Part shown: piece after piece, positions 38,860 through 48,469 of the stretch
Position numbering within the stretch: position 1 is the first letter of the stretch
How the letters are laid out: the number at the start of each line of letters is the position of its first letter
Notes under the pieces: model-generated
What the model saw: only the letters and a program-made list of their open reading frames with translations
Database searches by the model: none
Told to the model about the DNA's origin: nothing
Position numbers and translations under genes: made by a program
Assembly: GCA_051003155.1 (NCBI GenBank)
Contig: JBPCLO010000012.1
Span: forward strand, 1 to 64,000
Source: Fimbriimonadales bacterium
GTDB taxonomy: Bacteria; Armatimonadota; Fimbriimonadia; Fimbriimonadales; ATM1
DNA: 64,000 nt
Reading direction: 5' to 3'

Positions 38860-40038
38860 TTAGTCCGCCGCCACGCCTTTCTCGAGGCCGAGCATGATTC
38901 GAAGCGCCATGGCAAGGAGGCCCAGCCCCAAACCGAGGTCGATTGCGCGGATAGCCGGAACGTTGATGGTCGACAGCAGCCACATGCCCACGCTGTCGAT
39001 TCGGAAGTTCCCCTGGAAAGAATTAGGATCGAGTCCGCTGGTGAGCATTAAAGCGATCGGCACGAACATAAGCAGCACCACGAGCGCTGTCGCCATGAGG
39101 ATCGACGCCTCGATCGAGCGTATTCGGAACGCGCGGTACGCAGCCGAGAGAATGAAGAACCCGATGAGGCTGAACATCGCGGCGTCCATCGCAAGCAGGC
39201 CCCGTTGAAACAGGAGCGAGAACCCTTGAACGAGCGGCTTGCGCTCTTTCACTTCGGCAATACCCTGCTTGGCAAGTTCGGACATTTCCGGGGTAAGGGT
39301 ATTTGAAGTCGCGGCCGCATTGAGCCCATCCGTAAGAGTGGCACGCAGCGTGTCCACCTCCGCCTGCGCGGTCGTGATTTCTTGGTCGAACTGTTCCTTA
39401 GTCATTATCCGCTGCTGATAGAGGCGTGTCGGTGGGGCCCGGCGCGACTCCATGAGCAGTGTCGCCTGCAGGTCGATGCCCGTTTCCGCGAATTGTCGCA
39501 TCTCCGGAGTAAACGCCGGAGTGACGCCCCTTAGCGCCGCGTCGATGCCGGCCTGCTGACGTTTCACCTGCTCGTCTCCGACGAAACTCGCTAACCCGAG
39601 GAAGACCATAAGGAATAGGCTCACAAGCAGCACGCCGCTGAAGAACCAATCCTTCTGCATCTTGAAAACCCGCCCGAAGTGCAGGCGGAAGATGCTAAGG
39701 ACGCCGAGCGCAAGAAGCATGCCGGTCAGGACCTGGCTGATGCTGGAAACGATCGGAACGACCTCTTCGAAATTGATAGGCCCGAGGTAGGCAGCTTGGT
39801 CGCCGGCAGCGCTTCGGCTCCTGGGGATCAGCCACTCCAGGACATAGAACATTCCCGCGAGGAACGTGATGCCTACCGATATGGGCTTCCTCAGGTTGCT
39901 GGGAACCCTGGAAATCGCAAACAGCAAGAGCGTCGTTACGATGAGGGTGATGACGATAAACCAGAAGAGCTGCGAGGAAGGCTCGATGCCCCAGAATCCT
40001 GTGCCAGGCGGTTCAGCTTGTGCCATCAACCAATTCAT
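38860..40038 (-). CDS. Conserved hypothetical polytopic membrane protein with soluble helical insert
   Basis: MFSLIGFFILSAAYRAFRIRSIEASILM, RAIDLG...LRIMLGLEK. Confidence 0.8.
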   Translation of the reverse strand: MNWLMAQAEPPGTGFWGIEPSSQLFWFIVITLIVTTLLLFAISRVPSNLRKPISVGITFLAGMFYVLEWLIPRSRSAAGDQAAYLGPINFEEVVPIVSSISQVLTGMLLALGVLSIFRLHFGRVFKMQKDWFFSGVLLVSLFLMVFLGLASFVGDEQVKRQQAGIDAALRGVTPAFTPEMRQFAETGIDLQATLLMESRRAPPTRLYQQRIMTKEQFDQEITTAQAEVDTLRATLTDGLNAAATSNTLTPEMSELAKQGIAEVKERKPLVQGFSLLFQRGLLAMDAAMFSLIGFFILSAAYRAFRIRSIEASILMATALVVLLMFVPIALMLTSGLDPNSFQGNFRIDSVGMWLLSTINVPAIRAIDLGLGLGLLAMALRIMLGLEKGVAAD

Positions 40039-40048
40039 CGGGAAATCC

Positions 40049-41725
40049 TTAGCTCCTCTTCACCTTCACGAGGCGCTTGAAGAACAGGTCGTCCTTGCGC
40101 CAATCGAAATACCTTTGGTTCGCGCCTTCCCACATCTTCGCCGTTTCGGGCGGAAGGCTCCCCATAGGAACCGGCTTCATCGTTTGGACCGAGTGAGTCA
40201 AGGCGCCGAGAAGGACCACCCCCATGATCATCATTTTCGACCAGTCGACCCCGATGAGGCTGCCAACGAGAACCGGCTGTCTGCCCAAATAAGCGCTGGC
40301 GGCATAGAACTCGTCGCCGAGCAGCACGTAGTCGCACGCTGCGATAAAGAACGGCGTTTGCGTGAACTGGGTGGTGGCGGCGACCTGAATCGCGCCGACC
40401 ATGTTCGCGTTCTCGGCAAAGATCATCGATTCCGCAAAGAAATCCCCCATGAAGAACGTTGCGGCGACCTTTTCCCTCTGGATGGTGCCGGCGACCCCCG
40501 CGGCGAAGGCGAACTGCCTATCGCTAACGAACCGCACACTGTTCGGGTCGTACTGTTCCGGAACGCCCTCGCTCTGGTAAACCTCTCTCGCGATTTCTTG
40601 GGCCACTGCATAAACCGACGCGTCCGCGTTCAGAAGTCGAATGGGTGTGCCGAACCTCGCAGCAGTGCGAATGACGTACGCGAACACGGTTAGCGCCTGC
40701 ACTGTGATGCCGTTTAGGGTGCCCAAACCGGGAACCATCAAGACAGGCCGGGCGATCTCGGTCGCACGGCCAACCGCCTCGTCGATCTGGTCCAGGCCCG
40801 CAATGCGCCGGATCGTCGCGCCGCTGCCTTTGCGTGAGCGGTTGACGTTAAAGAGAACGAATGCAACGATGAGCAATACGAAACCGATCGTCGCCCAGCC
40901 AAAGCGCGAGTATTGCGATGCCGTCGTCCACGCCGCCTGCCTGTCCATCGCCTGGGTCGCAACATAGCCGACCGCATCATCGAGAGAAGGGAACGTCTGC
41001 GATCTGACCCGTATAACACCGGACAGGTGGTCGCCGTCGGGCTTCACGATGTCAAGCGTGTATTGGCCGTCGGGCATCCGGAACGCGTAAAGGTTCCATG
41101 AGCGGCGGTTTTCTCCCCAGTCGAGAACCGCCCCGCCGAGCGCCTCGGATCGCTGCGCGATGTAGGCGTCGAAATTAGCCAGGGTCTCGCCGAGTTCTGC
41201 GACCAATGTGTCCCTCGTGGGATAAGGCTTGGATTCGGTGACCGCCACGTCATTGCCCGAAATCGTGACAGTGTCGCGCATGAAGGTGCCGTCGGGGAGC
41301 TGCCACGCGTAGTAGGCGCTCTCTTCGCCGTTCCTCACGAACGCTCCGGAGGTCGCGCTAAGCTCCGCCTTTCTTGCGGCGCGGTATTGCTCGATCGTCT
41401 GTTTCGGCGGTTGTCCTTCCGATGCCTCCTTGGCGAGCCACGCGTCAGCCTCTTCGGGAGATCCGAATTGAATCGATTCTAGTACCCTCACCTGGCCGCC
41501 CTCGGTGCTCAAGCGGTCGATCCAAGCCTGGCCGGACAGCAAGTTCCACCGAAATGTGGAAGGTTCGACCGCCGTGCCTGCCGACGGTTCGACATAAAGC
41601 TCATTCGCCCGGACCGTTACGTATTGCTCTTGAGTGCCATACGATTTCTTGGCACACCCCGAAAGAATTGAAAGCGCCAGAACCATGAGGCAAACGATCA
41701 GAGTGTTGCGAAATCGGCCGGTCAT
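40049..41725 (-). CDS. DUF6754-type protein with lipoprotein signal and N-terminal repeats
   Basis: LSGC lipobox; IRRIAGLDQIDEAVGRATE, FFIAACDYVLLGDEFYAASAYL. Confidence 0.78.
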   Translation of the reverse strand: MTGRFRNTLIVCLMVLALSILSGCAKKSYGTQEQYVTVRANELYVEPSAGTAVEPSTFRWNLLSGQAWIDRLSTEGGQVRVLESIQFGSPEEADAWLAKEASEGQPPKQTIEQYRAARKAELSATSGAFVRNGEESAYYAWQLPDGTFMRDTVTISGNDVAVTESKPYPTRDTLVAELGETLANFDAYIAQRSEALGGAVLDWGENRRSWNLYAFRMPDGQYTLDIVKPDGDHLSGVIRVRSQTFPSLDDAVGYVATQAMDRQAAWTTASQYSRFGWATIGFVLLIVAFVLFNVNRSRKGSGATIRRIAGLDQIDEAVGRATEIARPVLMVPGLGTLNGITVQALTVFAYVIRTAARFGTPIRLLNADASVYAVAQEIAREVYQSEGVPEQYDPNSVRFVSDRQFAFAAGVAGTIQREKVAATFFMGDFFAESMIFAENANMVGAIQVAATTQFTQTPFFIAACDYVLLGDEFYAASAYLGRQPVLVGSLIGVDWSKMMIMGVVLLGALTHSVQTMKPVPMGSLPPETAKMWEGANQRYFDWRKDDLFFKRLVKVKRS

Positions 41726-42024
41726 CAGCTTTGATCCTGGGTTTGGAGGTCGCGCTTATCGATCTCTTGGATCAAGAGTTCGACGTTCTGGCGGTCGGAA
41801 AAGAACTGGGAGTATTCGTCCACGGTTTTGAAACCCAGAAAAGGCATCATGAAAGGAGAAAAGGCTACGGCAGCGTGACCGACGATGTTAGCCAGAGGCT
41901 TATGCATTTCAAGAAACAGTATCGCCGGCGTTTCCAGATGGCGCTTTTTGATTTCCTTGGCCACCCGCTCCACGATCTTCATCCTGTTTTCGTCGGTCAG
42001 TGGCTGATCCCACATCCTTAGCAT
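41725..42024 (-). CDS. Small conserved hypothetical protein
   Basis: LETPAILFLEMHKPL...NVELLIQEI; stop overlaps the next start. Confidence 0.75.
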   Translation of the reverse strand: MLRMWDQPLTDENRMKIVERVAKEIKKRHLETPAILFLEMHKPLANIVGHAAVAFSPFMMPFLGFKTVDEYSQFFSDRQNVELLIQEIDKRDLQTQDQS

Positions 42025-42598
42025 ATTGTTCTCTCCAATATTCGACGCAATCCTTGATTTCCTGCAAATTACCGTCCGCGCGCAAGAAAACCCCGCGAAA
42101 CGGGGCGAGTCGGCTCGATGTTTCGAGTGGGGACAGCTTGACCCCGTCCTCGCCTTCCACCACGCGGCGAACCTTATCCCAGGTGATCGCGGTTGTGTTC
42201 ATTCCGCACTTGCTGCTCGCCCCCTCCTTGCCGATTCGAAATCGCACAGGCAACAGAAAGTCGGCAGTTCCCAGGAGGATTACCAGAGGGCCGAACGGAA
42301 GCAACCAGAAATTGCGAACCAGAGCCACCCCGCAGAGACCTGCCAGGCCCGCGCATGCGATAACTACGAGTGTCTTCTTCGGTTCTTGTTTGGCCAGATG
42401 GACCACCCAGCTCAGTTCGTTCCCGGTATTCAGCTTATTCGTTAAGACTGCCCTCGGCGCATGTTGATTCGCCGGAATTTCACGAGCCCGGCCTCCTATT
42501 AGCCAGTCCTGCGATCGTGGCTTTGGGCCAGCCCAATGGAAAATATCCGACGATAGCAAACGGGAGACTCCTGAGGGGTATCGGCATCGGTACGGCAT
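41909..42598 (-). CDS. Hypothetical 2-TM protein with PH-like C-terminal domain (true start probably near 42435)
   Basis: LSWVVH, two TM helices, WDKVRR...LSP...SRLAPFRGVFLR. Confidence 0.65.
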   Translation of the reverse strand: MPYRCRYPSGVSRLLSSDIFHWAGPKPRSQDWLIGGRAREIPANQHAPRAVLTNKLNTGNELSWVVHLAKQEPKKTLVVIACAGLAGLCGVALVRNFWLLPFGPLVILLGTADFLLPVRFRIGKEGASSKCGMNTTAITWDKVRRVVEGEDGVKLSPLETSSRLAPFRGVFLRADGNLQEIKDCVEYWREQYAKDVGSATDRRKQDEDRGAGGQGNQKAPSGNAGDTVS

Positions 42599-42646
42599 AA
42601 GCCCGATAGTAGTGAATGTTCGGGCAAAACTCCAAGACGCAATTTA

Positions 42647-42907
42647 CTAAGAAGTTTCCGAAAAAAAGGAGGTCATCAGCGCACCCGCCACGGCTGCGGA
42701 CCGAAGGCAGAACCGTGCGCCCGCACCTCGGGTTTCCAAAGAGTAAGTCAAGGCGAACGCAGCAGACGACATAAGGGCCGCAGCGATTGAGGCGACGACC
42801 ACAGCCGGCTCGTTTACTTCAACAGAGCCAACAGCGAAACCCGCAATGAGGACGAGAAAAGCGAACAAGCCCTGCCGCTTTCCTGGCCAAGTTGCGTACT
42901 CGTCCAC
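42647..42907 (-). CDS. Small hypothetical membrane protein
   Basis: Three hydrophobic stretches, co-oriented after prs. Confidence 0.4.
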   Translation of the reverse strand: MDEYATWPGKRQGLFAFLVLIAGFAVGSVEVNEPAVVVASIAAALMSSAAFALTYSLETRGAGARFCLRSAAVAGALMTSFFSETS

Positions 42908-42943
42908 AAGAGAAGCGACAGCATCGACTCGAGCCCCACTACG

Positions 42944-43918
42944 CTATCGCCACGTCTCGAACAAGCTGCTCACCGATTCGTGCATATGAATCCGGCGAAT
43001 CGCCTCCGCAAGCAGCGGCGCCGCTGATAGAATTGTCAGCTTATTGAACTGCTTTTGCTGCGGTACCGGAATTGTATCCGTGCATATCACGCGGCTGATC
43101 GGGCCGTCCTGCAGGCGCTGAGGGGCATTCGCGCTAAAAATTGGATGTGTGCAGGTCACGACTATGTCGGTCGCTCCCCGCTGCAAGAGCGCCTCCGCAC
43201 CCTGTACGACGGACCCACCCGTGTCGACCATGTCGTCGATCATGATGCAGACTTTGCCGGAGACGTCACCGATGATTTCGACTATATCGACCCGGCCCGG
43301 CTCTGGCCGCCTCTTCGCGATGATCGCCAACGGCTTGCCGAGCATCTCGGCGAGCGCCCTCGCCCGGACCACCCCGCCCACGTCCGGAGACACGACGACG
43401 GCATCCTGGTCCGCGTAGCCTTGTTCGATCAAGTGCCTGCCGATGACCGGACCGAGATAGAGGTGGTCCACAGGAACGTCGAAAAAGCCTTGAATCTGGT
43501 CGGCGTGCAGGTCGCAAGCGACAATCCTGTTTGCCCCGGTCTGAGTCAAAAGATCGGCGACCAGCCGCGCGGTGACGGGTTCGCGGGGCTTGATTTTCTT
43601 GTCCTGTCTTGCGTATCCGTAGTAGGGAAGAACGACAGTCATACTCTGGACCGATGCGCGCCGGAACGCATCCATCATGATCAGGAGTTCCATGATGTTG
43701 TCGTTCGCGGGCTGGCAGGTCGATTGGATGATGACCACGTCGCTGCCCCGCGCGCTCTCGTCAATTTGAACGCGAACCTCGCCATCGCTGAACTTCGTTG
43801 TCGTCGCCCGGCCCACCTTGACTTCCAGAATGTCGGCAATCTTATGCGCAAGCTCCGGGTTTGCGTTGCCCGTAAAAATCTTGAGCCTCGACAAATTGTG
43901 GTTGTTGTTGGTCTCCAT
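42944..43918 (-). CDS. prs: Ribose-phosphate pyrophosphokinase
   Basis: FSDGE, PYYGYARQD, DLHADQIQGFF, SPDVGG, DDMVDTGGS; TAATG coupling to glmU. Confidence 0.98.
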   Translation of the reverse strand: METNNNHNLSRLKIFTGNANPELAHKIADILEVKVGRATTTKFSDGEVRVQIDESARGSDVVIIQSTCQPANDNIMELLIMMDAFRRASVQSMTVVLPYYGYARQDKKIKPREPVTARLVADLLTQTGANRIVACDLHADQIQGFFDVPVDHLYLGPVIGRHLIEQGYADQDAVVVSPDVGGVVRARALAEMLGKPLAIIAKRRPEPGRVDIVEIIGDVSGKVCIMIDDMVDTGGSVVQGAEALLQRGATDIVVTCTHPIFSANAPQRLQDGPISRVICTDTIPVPQQKQFNKLTILSAAPLLAEAIRRIHMHESVSSLFETWR

Positions 43919-45318
43919 TACTCTTGGTTTTTCTTCTTGCGACGCCATATTTTCGCCCAGCCTTCCTTGTTTTCCTGTCTCGATCGTCCCACGCCGAGCG
44001 AGTCGGCGGGAACGTCTTGCGTGATTACACTCCCGGCAGCCGTGATCGCACCCGGCCCGATCTCCACCGGCGCGACGAGCGTCGAGTTCGACCCGACGAA
44101 CGCGTCCTCACCGATTATAGTTTCATGCTTGGCAAAACCGTCGTAATTGCACGTGATCGTGCCCGCGCCGATGTTGGCTCGCGGACCCACTCTCGAATCG
44201 CCCACGTACGTGAGGTGAGACATAGAGGCGCCCTCCCCGATCTCCGAGTTCTTGATCTCCACGAAGTTGCCGACCTTTACCTGCGGCCCCAATACGGTGC
44301 CCGGCCGCAGGTTCGCGTAGGGACCGACCCTGGTTCCACCGCCGACCGACGCTTTGTTCACATGGCTCATCAAGATGACGCTGTCCGCGCCGATATCGGA
44401 GTCGGCTATGCGGCAAAAAGATCCAATTTTGCAGCGAGCCCCGATTCTCGTGGCGCCTTCGATCGCCGTCATGGCGGCAATTTCGGCGTCTGGTTCGACG
44501 GTTACGTCGGCTCCTATGTAAGTCGTCATCGGGTCCTCCAGAGTCACGCCTGCCAAGGCGTGTGTTTTCAGGATTCGCTGCTGCATGAGCCGGCCGGCCT
44601 CCGCAAGCTGCCACCGGTCGTTGACTCCCCGCAGCATGTCCGCATCGCGGTACACGTGGGTCGCGACTTTTCCACCCTGGGAGGAGATGATCGAAACGAG
44701 GTCGGTCAAGTAATACTCGCGTTTTTGGTTGTCGTTCTTCAACTTTGGAAGGAGTTCGGTCAGCGCCTTCGACGAGAAGCAATAGAACGCGGCGTTGATC
44801 TCCCTAACCTTCCTCTGCTCCTCGCTCGCGTCCACTTCCTCGACGATCGCTGTGACGTGCCCCTTGTCATCGCGCACCATTCTGCCGTACCCAAGCGGGT
44901 CGTCGAGGATGCAAGTCGCCACTACGCAGTCGGCTCCTGAGGTTTCGAACTCGGCAACGAGCGCGCACATCGAGTCACCGGTCACGAGCGGAGCATCGCC
45001 GGACCCGACCAAGACCACCCCCTCGAAGTTCTTGATCGCCGGCAGCGCCATCTTGCAGGCGTCGCCGGTCCCGTGTTGCTCCTGTTGAACCACGTATTCG
45101 TACTTGTCACCGAAGGCATCGCGAACCAAATCGCCCCCGTGCCCGATCACAAAAATTGGCCTCCGAGCGCCCGCCGCAACCATGGCGCGGCCGACGTGCT
45201 CGCCCATCGGAAGGCCGCATACGGTGTGGAGAGCCTTGGGCAGGGGTGACTTCATGCGGGTCCCCTTGCCCGCTGCAAGGACGATAGCGGCGACGGGTGT
45301 TCCTGCTGTCTGCTCCAA
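43918..45318 (-). CDS. glmU: Bifunctional UDP-GlcNAc pyrophosphorylase/acetyltransferase
   Basis: LAAGKGTRMKS, EYYLTD, GNFVEIK, HLTYVGD, NYDG. Confidence 0.98.
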   Translation of the reverse strand: MEQTAGTPVAAIVLAAGKGTRMKSPLPKALHTVCGLPMGEHVGRAMVAAGARRPIFVIGHGGDLVRDAFGDKYEYVVQQEQHGTGDACKMALPAIKNFEGVVLVGSGDAPLVTGDSMCALVAEFETSGADCVVATCILDDPLGYGRMVRDDKGHVTAIVEEVDASEEQRKVREINAAFYCFSSKALTELLPKLKNDNQKREYYLTDLVSIISSQGGKVATHVYRDADMLRGVNDRWQLAEAGRLMQQRILKTHALAGVTLEDPMTTYIGADVTVEPDAEIAAMTAIEGATRIGARCKIGSFCRIADSDIGADSVILMSHVNKASVGGGTRVGPYANLRPGTVLGPQVKVGNFVEIKNSEIGEGASMSHLTYVGDSRVGPRANIGAGTITCNYDGFAKHETIIGEDAFVGSNSTLVAPVEIGPGAITAAGSVITQDVPADSLGVGRSRQENKEGWAKIWRRKKKNQE

Positions 45319-45403
45319 GGGAATATCATTCTACCGATTGCTGCCCGTGCAGGTTGACTTCGGCGCGGCTCCCGCATTTGCATGGTGGAGTTATCATTAT
45401 CTA

Positions 45404-45832
45404 ATGCCCGCGTTCGAAGCAGACGTCGTCCGGCCGCAAGAGCTCAACGGTAGGAACGACCACCTACGGATCGCAACTCATCTTCACCGGGCCTGCGCTC
45501 CACCAAGAGCGCCCTGGTGCGCAGCGTTCGTTTACTGGTGCTGTCGAAAGGTGGCATCTCGGCTGTGTGCCATTGGGGGATGGGCCATTCGCCACGGGAT
45601 TCCCGGAAGGCCTCCCCAGACGCGCGACCTTTTTGGCATAGCTCAGCCGGAACGGATCCGGCCACATCGGCTTCACAGCCCAGGTCAGGAAGACACCGAT
45701 CGGTGTTTCGATGCAAACGATCGAGGGAACAGTTCGGGCAATTCCGCCAGCGGCAAAGGGACCAAGATCGTTCGACGCTGGAGGCCCCTGTCTTCGAAGT
45801 TGAGAGTAATACGGCTCAGCTCGATAACGTAG
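45404..45832 (+). pseudogene. Degraded CHAP/amidase gene
   Basis: PWCAAFVYWC in one frame and GHIGF...TIEG in another; frameshifts. Confidence 0.6.
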
Positions 45833-45841
45833 AATCGTCCT

Positions 45842-46285
45842 ATGGAAAGCCAGGAAAGCCAGGAAAGCCAGGAAAGCCAGGAAAGGATCGAGAAGATCGA
45901 GGACGAGTGGAGAGGAGTTCTAACTCCCGATCAGTACCAGATTTTGCGCGAAAAGGGTACAGAACGGCCATTTACGGGCGAGTACTGGGAGCACACGGAA
46001 AAGGGCGAGTATCGGTGTGCCGGATGCGGCCAGGCCCTCTTCGACTCCGAGACCAAGTTCAACGCGCACTGCGGCTGGCCGAGTTTCTATGACGTGATGG
46101 ACAAGAGTAAGGTCGAATTGCACGAGGACGCCACGTTGGGCATGAAGAGGGTAGAAGTCACCTGCGCTCACTGCGGAGGACACCTAGGCCACGTTTTCCC
46201 GGACGGCCCCGAACCCACCGGACAGCGGTACTGTATCAACTCGACAAGCCTAACATTTGGCGAGAACGAACCGGCGTCTGAATAG
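45842..46285 (+). CDS. msrB: Peptide-methionine (R)-S-oxide reductase
   Basis: [28 protein letters not shown]. Confidence 0.97.
   Translation: MESQESQESQESQERIEKIEDEWRGVLTPDQYQILREKGTERPFTGEYWEHTEKGEYRCAGCGQALFDSETKFNAHCGWPSFYDVMDKSKVELHEDATLGMKRVEVTCAHCGGHLGHVFPDGPEPTGQRYCINSTSLTFGENEPASE
45845..45885 (+). repeat. 9-nt tandem repeat GAAAGCCAG x4.5 (ESQ)
   Basis: Perfect in-frame repeat directly after the msrB ATG. Confidence 0.9.
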
Positions 46286-46378
46286 TCCATCGCCGCCATG
46301 GTCCGAAATGCTCCCGGGTTCGATCCGTCCGATCTGCCAGGCTCGTCCGGACCGTCCACCAAGTCCACCCACAGTGAT

Positions 46379-47650
46379 TTAGGGACGCACCGATTCGGTT
46401 CTGAAGAGGTCGTCCACCGTTTCGCGGCGAACGGCCTCAAACGTGTCCCCGTCGCCGACGATCACCATCGCCGGACGCGGATAACGGTTGTAGTTGCTCG
46501 CCATAGCGTGGTTGTACGCCCCTGTGCACTGCACAGCGATGACGTCGCCCTCGCCGGTCGACGCGGGCAGCAGCGCCTCGCTGATCAATGTATCGGTCTC
46601 GCAGTGCCGGCCGGAGACTCGAAAAGGGAAGTCGTGCGGCTCCTCCAGCCGGTCGGCATTCATGGCCGTGTATGTCGCTCCGTAAAGCTGAGGCCGAGGG
46701 TTGTCTGCAACGCCCCCATCCACCGAAATATAGGTCCGCGAGTCGATCTTCTTCATGGCACCTACCCGGTAGAGGGTCGTACCGGCTTCGGCGACCAGGG
46801 CTCGACCTGGCTCGAAACTAATGAGAGGGGGACGGCCGCCGAAGCCATCGGTTACCGCGGCGATGACGGATCGGCAGTGCTCCGCGAACAATTCGGGTTC
46901 GTCCGAAGGCAAATACCTAACCCCCAATCCTCCGCCTGCGCATATCTCATCGACCTCGCCGGTCTTGCTATTCATCGCGACTGCGAATGCTGCCGCGCGA
47001 CGAACCGCGGCGACATGGGATTCCGATGTCATGAGCTGCGAACCGACGTGAACGTGATAACCGATAAACCGGAGGCACCTGTGTTTTAGCACCTCGTCGA
47101 CGGCGTCCTCAGCCCTGCCGTCCGCGATGTTGAAGCCGAACTTCGAGTCCTCCTGTCCCGTGCTGATCGCCTTGTGCGTATCGGGGTCGACGCCGGGGGC
47201 GAGGCGGATCATCACACGTTGAGGAGTTCCGAGTCCCGCAAGCCTACGTATTTCCGAAAGGTGGTCTAAGACGACTGCTCCGACGCCCAACCGCGTGCCC
47301 GCCTCGAGTTCGGCATCCGTTTTGTTGTTGCCGTGAAACGTGATCTGTTTCGGCTCGAATCCTGCCCGCAGCGCCGCCTCCAGTTCTCCCAGGCTGGCGA
47401 CATCCACGTCGAGGCCCTCCTCGCGCGCCACCTGCAAGATCGCGAGCGCGCTGGCCGCCTTCGAACCATAGGAGACCTTGCAGCCCGGTGCAGCGGCCTT
47501 AAACTCGCGCATTTTCCCGCGCAAGTCCGCCGCGTCCATCACGTAGAGCGGTGTCCCGTACTCCTCGACGAGCCTTCTCGCCGAAATGTCGCCGAAGACC
47601 AGTTTGCCTTCGGAAGACGCGCACTGAGAGCCAAGGAAACGCGAAAACAC
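46379..47650 (-). CDS. lysA: Diaminopimelate decarboxylase
   Basis: YGTPLYV, YGSKA, SKFG, HVGSQ, EPGR, HCETD, GAY...MASNYN. Confidence 0.95.
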   Translation of the reverse strand: MFSRFLGSQCASSEGKLVFGDISARRLVEEYGTPLYVMDAADLRGKMREFKAAAPGCKVSYGSKAASALAILQVAREEGLDVDVASLGELEAALRAGFEPKQITFHGNNKTDAELEAGTRLGVGAVVLDHLSEIRRLAGLGTPQRVMIRLAPGVDPDTHKAISTGQEDSKFGFNIADGRAEDAVDEVLKHRCLRFIGYHVHVGSQLMTSESHVAAVRRAAAFAVAMNSKTGEVDEICAGGGLGVRYLPSDEPELFAEHCRSVIAAVTDGFGGRPPLISFEPGRALVAEAGTTLYRVGAMKKIDSRTYISVDGGVADNPRPQLYGATYTAMNADRLEEPHDFPFRVSGRHCETDTLISEALLPASTGEGDVIAVQCTGAYNHAMASNYNRYPRPAMVIVGDGDTFEAVRRETVDDLFRTESVRP

Positions 47651-47679
47651 GAGCCGGTGATTATGCCCGACTGCCGGGC

Positions 47680-48435
47680 CTACTTGCGCACCTTCTGCCA
47701 AAAAGCCTCATTCAGCTCCGGACACCATTTCTGCAGAGCTTGCTTCATGAGGTTCACCTTCGATAAGATAATCGAGTCGTCCTCCGCCATTTTCATAATC
47801 CTTTTGTGCTCGTCGGCCACAAATAATGCCGCATAAATCTCGGCCTTATCCTCTTCCAGTCCCGACATTGAGAATGCATCTATAAATCCTTTGCGGGGAT
47901 TGTTGAGAACCGTTTCATTGCGTCCACGCGCGCTAATGCCACCTTTTCCGTAGATGAAATCGGGCTCATTCAACGCTGCCCATTCCGGATCCTTGAAAAA
48001 GGCATCGCCGTTTAATTGCTCCTCGGCCATATGATAGAATTCGTGATGAATGACATGCCTGCGATACGCTTCGGTGGACTTCCCGCCAAAAATATCCAAA
48101 TAAAGGACATCTTTCTTGTAATCCGGGCTGGCGGCAATCTCGACTTTATCTAGCGCCATATTCTTAACGAGCGCGATTCGCCGCAATCCTACTTTCGCCA
48201 CGAAGGTTTTCGGATACTTATTGAATTCGGAGGCGAGGATAAACGCATATTTGCGAAGCTCCGACGAGTCCTCCTCGATGAGATTCTCAAACGTGACCGA
48301 TCCCCAATCGAACGGGGGCGCAGTGGGGTAGTCGATAGCGATCCCGTATCTTTTCTCGAGTGCGAGGAGCATCGGGGTCGGCGGCACATCCGACACGAGC
48401 GGACTAGCCAGCAAAGCCATAACGAGGTAGCGCAT
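47680..48435 (-). CDS. Putative secreted zinc metallopeptidase
   Basis: HHEFYH, EEDKAE. Confidence 0.75.
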   Translation of the reverse strand: MRYLVMALLASPLVSDVPPTPMLLALEKRYGIAIDYPTAPPFDWGSVTFENLIEEDSSELRKYAFILASEFNKYPKTFVAKVGLRRIALVKNMALDKVEIAASPDYKKDVLYLDIFGGKSTEAYRRHVIHHEFYHMAEEQLNGDAFFKDPEWAALNEPDFIYGKGGISARGRNETVLNNPRKGFIDAFSMSGLEEDKAEIYAALFVADEHKRIMKMAEDDSIILSKVNLMKQALQKWCPELNEAFWQKVRK

Positions 48436-48469
48436 GACTCTTTGACGCGCGTACGTGCCTTAATCGGTC

